Shown piece after piece: positions 1-8,208 of a stretch of DNA of 64,000 nt. Within the stretch, counting starts at the first letter, position 1. Each line of letters starts with the position of its first letter. Both the position numbers and the translations under genes were made by a program. Location of the stretch: assembly GCA_030704615.1 (NCBI GenBank), contig CM060731.1, positions 70,184,001 through 70,248,000 on the forward strand. The letters are read 5' to 3'. Source of the DNA: Takakia lepidozioides (Eukaryota > Plantae > Bryophyta). The notes below the pieces were generated by a model, which worked only from the letters and a program-made list of their open reading frames with translations, was not told where the DNA came from and did no database searches.

Positions 1-663
1 ATGTGCCACAAAACGTTGACACTATCAAATAAGTATCATGTGGTGGTTGACCTTCTCGGCAATAAATTGTTCACAAAAGGTGCTTGATCCAATGAATATT
101 GGTGTTCCGGGACTTTAACAAAGTCTTAGCTACAGAATACATCTTGCAACCACTATTCGGTTGCAGTGAATCATTTCACCTGAAGACTGCTAATGTTGTA
201 GGCTGGAGTAAGGAATGAATTTTGGGAGAGTGTTGAATTGGGGCTGTCACAACCCCAATGACAGGTATGCATATGTACATATTTTGAGAAGGAAGCCAGC
301 CTCAAGACTTACTTGCAATTCTCAAGAGAGAAAAAGTAACCCTCAAAGAAAGCCAGAATCCTTCAAGATGACAGACTGTTGAGACTCTGGAGGAGGCCAG
401 ACCCAATTACCAGAATTCATTGAATTCCTGAGTAGAATTTTTAGTTAAAACCTATGGAGAAAGATGGGTATTCAAGATAGAATGACTAGTGTACACGAGC
501 CTATTGATATGGACTTGTGGAACAACAATCCAGTGTACATTCTTTGTACGCTTTTAATGTATAAGCAATTATATTAGCAAATAATTGTAAGCAACCACAC
601 CTTGCGCCCTTTAGTCATCAGATCACAATAAATCCTACTATGTAGGACCGACCTGATGCGTAG

Positions 664-820
664 GAGTACCCAAGTGAAGATCAGACAGTCTGTAAGAGTA
701 CGCAAGTGAAGATCAGACAGTCGATAAGAGTACGAAAGCGAAGATCAGACAGTCTATGAGAGTACCCAAGTGAAGATCAGACAGTCTAGCAAGTGATCAG
801 AGTCTATAAGAGTACGCAAG
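664..820. repeat. ~4.5 tandem copies of a 32-bp unit (GAGTACCCAAGTGAAGATCAGACAGTCTGTAA), possibly inside a solo-LTR remnant
   Basis: Units start at 664, 696, 728 and 760, followed by a truncated copy. A minus-strand TATA-like CTATATAAGGG lies at ~853-863. No target-site duplication (TSD) was found, so the LTR reading is tentative. Confidence 0.75.
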
Positions 821-2846
821 TAACACTTGAAGAACGTTCTTCAAGTGAAGCGCCCTTATATAGTCCGAGGCTAAAAGCTTAGTTTCTACTTCTATTTTAG
901 CTTTACTTTTTAAGCGAATACTAATTAGGTAACTTACGACCTTCTGCAAAATCATATTTTCCCAGAAAAACACACACAGTCTATGGCTCCATTAACTAGA
1001 CCGCCTCCTGCTTGTCATAGTTGTAATACAGTGGCTACTTCCGATATCATTCTTGTGCTCCAACATCTGCCAAATAAGATTGACCTCCTATTTGTCTGTA
1101 GTCTGTACATCTACAACTGTGGCGCATTCTTTACAAATAACTGCACAAATGTTCCGGTAAGCCACTTTTTAGAAGTGCGGTGGCAAACAGGTCACTCCAG
1201 AGTAGCACCCAACTCAAAGAACAAAGCTAATTTACAAGTCAAGTTGGAGAAGTACAAAAGATCTCGGTAGCAATTTTCCTTTACAGAAGCCTAATAAACA
1301 AGCAACCCGCTTGCAAACCCTACACCACATGCTTGGGGATACATGCAAGCCCTACCTTTTTAGGAGGGTTTTATGCATTTCCTACCAACTTTTTGTCATT
1401 ATGTGATTATCGGTCCCTTCGGACGAGAATCCATCATCTATCCATCCCTCCATATCCTTTCCGAAATATTGGCTCCTCAAAATGTGGTATATGCTCAGAA
1501 CTTGTCTAAGCATAGACCCAGACTGGGAAGGCAGGGCCAAAAATTACAAATGACCTACAGATAAAAACTATTTGCGGGAATATCATTAAACTCTCATACA
1601 CAACCATACAACATCTTGCAAGTCAACAAGCCCATCTCCAAAAGTCCTGCGGTCTGGTACACGAACCTTAGGTGGCATGGGGCAGACCAAGGCCATAATT
1701 GTTCTTGCCTGCTGCATGGACAGTGATCCAAGGAAACACACATCTATGCATTGGCAACCCATCTCATTAAGACAAAGTCAATACAGCTTTGATGCACCAC
1801 CAGCTGTCTAAGGCTCTTTTGAACCAGATGTACGTCCTCATTTAAACTTGATAATCAAAGGACAAGTTTCTTTCTCATGCTACCTCCAAAATTAGTGATG
1901 TCAGGATGAAAATACAGTTCTTTTCCACGGAAGTGAAGAAGCGCACTTGCAGGAGAATCAATCACTTCTTATATATCAATGCATTCATACTTTTTTCACG
2001 CATGTAATCTCCCTTCACACGCTCCCTTCTCCTGCTCTGTCCCAGTCAGGTATCAAATTTTGGACCAGAAAATATCAGACCTGGTGGACTACGTATTCAG
2101 CTGCATCTCCTTTTAAAATCTTCACTATCTCAGCCCTTCAAATTTAATATATGTATGGCCTAACACAACCTCGCTGCACTGTCACATACAAAAAGGCATA
2201 ATGAAGAGATGCACTACTGGGAGCTTCCTATAGGTGGCCAGTTTTTAACAAACCTTACTAAATGTCTACAACCCTAGTCCACGGTCATCTGCAGGATCAT
2301 CAACTGGAACCTAGTCTTATGAATATGCACCGTGGCTTTCTTGTGCGTTCTTTCTTGCGCCAATGAGAGAAGAGACAAAAATTTAGGACACAAGTAGCAT
2401 GGGGGACAGGCAGTATGAGAAAACAAAAGAGAAAGACCAATATGAGCGTAAGCGGTAGACATGTCCTAGGATGGTTACGGAATATTGGATGGGTAGAGAA
2501 ATATGGCTACAGATGACATAAGGATTGCGTAACAAATCATTGGACAGCAAACAACCATACATACCTGTCTTTGCCAGTTCATCAGATATACAAAGAGCAC
2601 CCCCTGTGCAGAACCCTCGCGCTATATAAGAAAACTCTCTCTGCTGGAGCATATCACAGTTTCAGAGTTTCCACCTCCTGGTGGGTAGACCCCACAATTG
2701 GCTCTTGAAGAGTTGATATGTCATAGTGGGAATGCTGTCAACAGTACGTCATTGCCAACATTCTCAGGGAATGGTGAAAGAACCAACAAGCTACATAAAT
2801 TCAATGGAGGAGGCAAGACAATCACACCTTACAGAAAAACATCATT

Positions 2847-5800
2847 TCACCAGTACTCTCCACAAGAACAAACCCCATCTTCGAAGTGATGAAAGCGGTT
2901 TGCATCCCGAACAACAATTGCTCGCCCAACAATCTTTGAGATGAACTTGGTGGCCGTGTGGCAGTCACCACACACCCGAAGATTCTTGACAACACGGAGT
3001 GGTGTCCCAGGAGCAGTGCTGACCAGCCCAAAAGCAATTGCCAGCTTCTCACTGTGGTGGCAAAGAGAAAATTCCTTTTGCTCCTCCTCCACATCATGCA
3101 AAACAAAGCGGGTGTCAGGTGCGTAACCTGCCTCCTTCATCTGCCCAGACAATCTTCTCAGCTCAGCATGGATTTCCTCAATTTGTGGATGCAATTTGTC
3201 ATTTACCACAAATGTGTGCACCCGGTTGCCGACCTCAATGCAGGAACGACCTGGCTCCTTCCTGACACCTCGGAGCTTCATCATTGTTCTCACCTTTGCA
3301 GCATCGTCCCACCTGCCCACTGTGGCATAGATGTTTGATAGCAAAACATAAGTTGCAGCATCCTGTTGATCCCACCTGAGGATAGATTTTGCCGCATGTT
3401 CTGCCACCTCCACATTGCTATGAATTCTGCAGGCACCAAGCAAGGCTTTCCACACCACAACATCCGGTTTGATTGGCATCCTGTTAATGAAGTCCTCTGC
3501 CTCATCCAATCGCCCCGCACGCCCAAGAAGGTCCACCATGCAGCCAAAGTGCTCCATTGTAGGAGTGACACCATGACCTTGACTCAGGGAGTCAAAGTAG
3601 TGTATGCCTTCATCCACTAGACCCCCATGGCTACATGCTCGGAGAACAGATAAAAACGTGATATTGTTAGGCTTCAAGCCTTCCTTTTGCATTCCATCAA
3701 ATAGTTGCAGGGCCTCCCTACGACAACCATGCTGGGCATATCCTGCAATCATTGCACTCCATGACACCACATTTCGTTCAGCCATACTGTAAAACATTCC
3801 CTTTGCATCCTTGATGCTTCCACATTTGGCATACATGTCTATGAGACTATTGTTCAGAATGATATTTGGTACAATTCCTGCTTTACTGATGTCCGCATGG
3901 ACCTCTTTGCCCTTCTCTAGGGATGCTATGCGGGCACATGCATTGCAAACACAAACAAAAGTAACCTGGTTGGGTTTCACCCCTTCCTGCACCATTTGCT
4001 CATAGATTTCTAAAGCCTCCATTCCACACCCATGCTGGGCATAGCCTCCAATCATCGCACTCCATGACACCACATTTCGCTCAGTCATACTGTCAAACAC
4101 TCCCTTTGCATCCTTGATGCTCCCACATTTGGCATACATGTCCACAAGGGTATTGTCCAGAATGATATCTGGTACAATTCCAGCTTTCGTGATGTCCCCA
4201 TGGACCTCTGTGCCTTTTTCCAGGTCCGCCAGGCTGGCACATGCGTTGCAAATGCAAACAAATGTGACCTGGTTAGGGGTCACTCCTTCCCGCACCATAT
4301 GCTGATATATTTCCAAAGCCTCCATTCCACACCCATGCTGGACATATCCTGCAATCATCGCACTCCACGAGACCACATTTCGTTCAGCCATATTATCAAA
4401 CACTGCCTTTGCATCCTTGATGCTGCCGCATTTGGCATACATATCCAAAAGGGCAGTGTCCAGAATGACATCTCGTGCAATTCCTGCTTTCATGATGGCA
4501 GCGTCGACCTCTTTGCCCTTTTCCAGGGATGCCAGCCTGCCAGCTGCCTTCAGGACACAAACAAATGTGACATAATTGGGCCTCATCCCTTCCTGGATCA
4601 TCTGCTCATAGGTCTCCAAAGCCTCCATTCCAGATCCATGCTGGGTAAATCCTGCGATCATCGCATTCCATGACATCACATCTCGTTTGACCATATCTTC
4701 AAACACTCCCTTCGCATCCTCGATGCTTCCGCATTTCGCATACATGTCCACAATGGCAGTGCCCAAGATGATATTTGGCACAATTCCGGCTTTCACCATG
4801 GCAGAATGAACCTCTTTGCTCTTTTCCAAAGATGCCAGGCTGGCACATGCATTGCAAACACAAATGAATGTAACCTGGTCAGGCTTCACCCCTTCCTGCA
4901 TCATTTGCTCATAGGTCTCCAAAGCCTCCATCCCACGTTCATGCTGGGCATACCCAGCAATCATTGCACTCCATGACACCACATTTCGTTTACCCATATT
5001 GTCAAACACTCGTTTTGCATCTTCGATGCTCCCACACTTGGCATACATATCCACAAGGGTATTGTCCAGGATGATATTTCGCACAACTCCAGCTTTCATG
5101 ATGTCTGAATGGACCTTTATGCCCTTTTCCAGATCTGCCAGGCTGGCACACGCGTTGCAAACACAAACAAATGTCACCTGGTCTGGCTTCACCCCTTCCC
5201 CCATCATTTGCTCATAGGTCTCCAAAGCCTCCATACCAAACCCATGCTGGGAATATCCTGCAATCATCGCATTCCATGACACCACATCTCGTTCAGCCAT
5301 AGCATCGAACACTCCCTTTGCATCCTCGATGCTCCCACATTTGGCATACATGTCCACAATGGTAGTGTCCAAGATGATATTGGGTGCAAGTCCAGCTTTT
5401 ACAATGTCAGCATGGACCTCTTTGCCCTTTTCCAGGTCTGCCACGCTGGCACACGCCTTCAGAACACATATGAAGGTGACCTGGTTGGGTGTAGCACCTT
5501 CCCTCAGCATTTGCTCATAGGTCTCCAAAGCCTCCATCCCACATCCATGCTGGGCATAGCCTGCAATCATTGCACTCCAGGACACCACATTCCGCTCAGT
5601 CATATTGTCAAATACTCCCTTTGCATCCTTGATGCTCCCACATTTGGCATACATGTCCAGGAGGACATTGCCCAAGCTTATATTTGGCACCATTCCAGTT
5701 TTAATGATGTTAGCATGAATGCCTTTGCCCTTTTCCAGGGCAGCCGTGCTGGCACACGCCTTGAGAACGCAAATGAATGTCACCTGGTTGGGCTTCACCC

Positions 5801-7130
5801 CGCTTTGCATCATTTGCTCATAGGTCTCCAAGGCCTCCCTACAATATCCCTGCTTGGCATATCCTGCTATCATTATGTTCCATGTAGTCAAACCTCGTTC
5901 AGGCATTTTATCAAATACTAGGCGTGCATCCAAAATATTCCCACACTTGGCATGCATGTTGACTAGGTTGTTGTGTAGAAAGATGTCTGGCTTGAATCCA
6001 CTTTGGATAATGTGGGCATGGACCTGCTTCCCCTCTGCTAGGTCTTTCATTTTGATGCACTGCTGCAAGAGACAGACATAGGTTTTGGAGTCTGCTAAAA
6101 TGCCCCCTTGGTTCAAAATCTGCAATGCCTCTTTCAATCGTCCTGCCGTACACAGTGTCCTCATATCCCCACATCTTTCGAAAGAAGTGGTCATGGTGGG
6201 GGTGTCTGACGACTGTGCTGCTGCTGCTTTTGCTTTCAAGTGACTATCTACCCATAGAGGTTTATTGTAGCTGTCAATCCATAGCCACTTGTTGGTACTC
6301 TTGTGCATGAAATCTGGTCCTTTAAAAAGGATCTTTCCACCTCGAATGTCCCACCATTGACTGGGGTTTGGAAAACATTCCTTCCAAAGCTTCTCGTCGT
6401 CTTTGTTTTCAAATTTTGGATCTTTGGCTGCATCCAGCTTTGACAATTCATCATCTACCCACAGAGGTTTCTTGCTGCTATCGATCCCCAGCCCCTCGCC
6501 AGTAGTCTTGTGCTTAAAATCTGGTCCTCTAGGATGGATGTTTCTGCCTCGATTGTCCCACCATTGGCTTTGGTTTGAAAAACCTTCCTTCTCCTCGTCT
6601 ATATTTTTGAATTTTGGAAATTTGGCTCCAGATGCATCCAGCTTCTCCAATTCACCATCCACCCAAGCAGGTTTCTTGCAGCTATCAATCCACAGTCCAC
6701 CGATTGTACTTTGGTGCTCGAAATCTGATACTCTAGAATGAATCTTCCTGCCTCGATTGTCACACCCTCGACTGGGGTCTGCAAAACACTCGTTGGAGAG
6801 CATGTCCACCTCTGGATTTTGCAGCTTTGGATATTTGCGTATGTGGCTTCCATTCTCATCCCCATGTCCATTAATTTGGTCGTCCTCTACTGGTCTCCAC
6901 TGCCCCGCAATCAGCTCGAAACTGTTTGAAGAGAACCTGAATGCAACGCAGTTTCGAACATGCAAAGTGGTCCCGTCCAGATTGTACAGCCCAAACGTTT
7001 TTGAAGCTCTCAGAACAGGCCCAGTCTTGCAAGCAGCGTAGCCTCGGGTAGGCTTGTGACGGCACCCCGAGGTGTCACGGGAGCACACGGAGGATGCCTC
7101 GAGAGTCATGCTTATTGTAATCGATGCCAT
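2847..7130 (-). CDS. Organelle-targeted PLS-class PPR-E-DYW C-to-U editing factor with three N-terminal OSB-type PDF motifs (1427 aa, intronless)
   Basis: Uninterrupted ORF with an S/T/R-rich MAS.. N-terminus and three WWDNR..PDFKHK-type motifs. Then L-S, seven PLS triplets (101-aa period) and P2-L2-S2, followed by E1/E2. PG box EPGRSCIEV, HSEKLA, RVCGDCH, C-terminus CSCGEYW. Confidence 0.95.
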   Translation of the reverse strand: MASITISMTLEASSVCSRDTSGCRHKPTRGYAACKTGPVLRASKTFGLYNLDGTTLHVRNCVAFRFSSNSFELIAGQWRPVEDDQINGHGDENGSHIRKYPKLQNPEVDMLSNECFADPSRGCDNRGRKIHSRVSDFEHQSTIGGLWIDSCKKPAWVDGELEKLDASGAKFPKFKNIDEEKEGFSNQSQWWDNRGRNIHPRGPDFKHKTTGEGLGIDSSKKPLWVDDELSKLDAAKDPKFENKDDEKLWKECFPNPSQWWDIRGGKILFKGPDFMHKSTNKWLWIDSYNKPLWVDSHLKAKAAAAQSSDTPTMTTSFERCGDMRTLCTAGRLKEALQILNQGGILADSKTYVCLLQQCIKMKDLAEGKQVHAHIIQSGFKPDIFLHNNLVNMHAKCGNILDARLVFDKMPERGLTTWNIMIAGYAKQGYCREALETYEQMMQSGVKPNQVTFICVLKACASTAALEKGKGIHANIIKTGMVPNISLGNVLLDMYAKCGSIKDAKGVFDNMTERNVVSWSAMIAGYAQHGCGMEALETYEQMLREGATPNQVTFICVLKACASVADLEKGKEVHADIVKAGLAPNIILDTTIVDMYAKCGSIEDAKGVFDAMAERDVVSWNAMIAGYSQHGFGMEALETYEQMMGEGVKPDQVTFVCVCNACASLADLEKGIKVHSDIMKAGVVRNIILDNTLVDMYAKCGSIEDAKRVFDNMGKRNVVSWSAMIAGYAQHERGMEALETYEQMMQEGVKPDQVTFICVCNACASLASLEKSKEVHSAMVKAGIVPNIILGTAIVDMYAKCGSIEDAKGVFEDMVKRDVMSWNAMIAGFTQHGSGMEALETYEQMIQEGMRPNYVTFVCVLKAAGRLASLEKGKEVDAAIMKAGIARDVILDTALLDMYAKCGSIKDAKAVFDNMAERNVVSWSAMIAGYVQHGCGMEALEIYQHMVREGVTPNQVTFVCICNACASLADLEKGTEVHGDITKAGIVPDIILDNTLVDMYAKCGSIKDAKGVFDSMTERNVVSWSAMIGGYAQHGCGMEALEIYEQMVQEGVKPNQVTFVCVCNACARIASLEKGKEVHADISKAGIVPNIILNNSLIDMYAKCGSIKDAKGMFYSMAERNVVSWSAMIAGYAQHGCRREALQLFDGMQKEGLKPNNITFLSVLRACSHGGLVDEGIHYFDSLSQGHGVTPTMEHFGCMVDLLGRAGRLDEAEDFINRMPIKPDVVVWKALLGACRIHSNVEVAEHAAKSILRWDQQDAATYVLLSNIYATVGRWDDAAKVRTMMKLRGVRKEPGRSCIEVGNRVHTFVVNDKLHPQIEEIHAELRRLSGQMKEAGYAPDTRFVLHDVEEEQKEFSLCHHSEKLAIAFGLVSTAPGTPLRVVKNLRVCGDCHTATKFISKIVGRAIVVRDANRFHHFEDGVCSCGEYW
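6235..6810 (-). other. Three tandem PDF (OSB-type) motifs within the PPR-DYW ORF
   Basis: LSNECFADPSRGCDNRGRKIHSRVSDFEHQSTIGGLWIDSCKKPAWV; EGFSNQSQWWDNRGRNIHPRGPDFKHKTTGEGLGIDSSKKPLWV; KLWKECFPNPSQWWDIRGGKILFKGPDFMHKSTNKWLWIDSYNKPLWV. These match the OSB PDF consensus as I recall it. Confidence 0.85.
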
Positions 7131-7269
7131 GGTTGCTCCTTGTCGAACTTTCGCAACCTGCGCTGCTGCTGTGTAGGTTTGAAGGCAGTGTCCTGAGCCT
7201 GGTTAGTTCAAATCATCCACTGTCGCTCACACATTGGACTGGCCCCGACTCATGGATCAACCAACAGCC

Positions 7270-7303
7270 ATCTCCCTCCCTCTCTCTCTCTCTCTTTCTC
7301 TCT
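7270..7303. promoter_or_regulatory. (CT)n/(GA)n tract in the short divergent intergenic region between the two PPR genes
   Basis: Pyrimidine microsatellite ~140 bp upstream of the 7130 ATG. Such tracts are typical of plant core promoters and 5'UTRs. Confidence 0.45.
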
Positions 7304-7640
7304 CGTTGCCAGGGGAAACAAACTGCACAATGACCCACTTCCATTGACAAGGAGCTGTGAACGGACCTCAGTCGCTCCAGCGATTCTCGTGATCACAGTG
7401 CTGCAATTCCTTCTCATCTCCCACCTCTCACCATCGGAGGATGACGGACGCAAGAGCGGGACTGACGCTTACGCAGCATCCACCTACCTGACGTTGCACT
7501 TCCGGCAGGCGGGATTGCAGCCCTAATATAGGGTCACTCTCCTTTATGATAGTTTAACTCCTGTAGTTCAAGTCCCCTCTAAGTATTGTCAGTTGTGAGA
7601 TCAGTACACTCCATAAGCTTTGACGCTCTTTGAGTTTCAG

Positions 7641-8030
7641 GCATGAAGATCAACCATGGAGCATGGAACAGCGCCGGCAATAGTTCTGTACAGGTCCTTC
7701 ACAATTGTGGGACAACCGCAATGGCAAGGTCTGGCTTTCTTCTTGTATGGTCTGAAGTAGTTTGAAAGTAGCTTCTCCTCTTGGTAATAGGTTCTTCCTA
7801 AGCAAGCCATGAAATGCATTGCCCTAGAGTTACCTCCTGGAGTTTAGAAGGTATTTAAGAGGGTTAGTTCTTAGGAGGCTGTGTTTAGAAGTGTAGCTGC
7901 TCAGCTACACGCTGGAGGTATTCACAGACCAACCCAAGATAACTGGACTACAGACATAAGCAGCGCGTGACAGACAGCCTTTGGATTATGGGTCGGTGGA
8001 ATCCTCCTTGGGTGTAAGAAAAGCTATATG
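7641..8030 (+). pseudogene. Decayed 5' exons of the second PPR gene, encoding a first PDF motif split by an intron
   Basis: Exon 7641-7728 (after TTTCAG) reads HEDQPWSMEQRRQ*FCTGPSQLWDNRNGK|GT. Exon from 7928 (after CACAG) reads TNPR*LDYRHKQRVTDSLWIMGRWNPPWV*EKL. Stops at 7681, 7940 and 8015. Confidence 0.7.
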
Positions 8031-8208
8031 CTTTCGTGACTCAAGGGCAAACAGAATGTCTTAAGGGCCTCCTTCTTCTACACATTTAGGCTTGTTTTGT
8101 GTTCTTACCCGATTCGCCCCTAAATCTTTGGGTTTCGAAGGTTAGCTAATCAGGAAATCTATAGGGCTTCTGAATGTTTTTCACATGTTACTGCTAATGG
8201 GGTTGCAG

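Noticed and set aside
7681-8017. In-frame stops repaired by U-to-C RNA editing
   Set aside because: Reverse editing is organellar, whereas this is a nuclear, spliceosomal-intron gene. Simple decay is more parsimonious.
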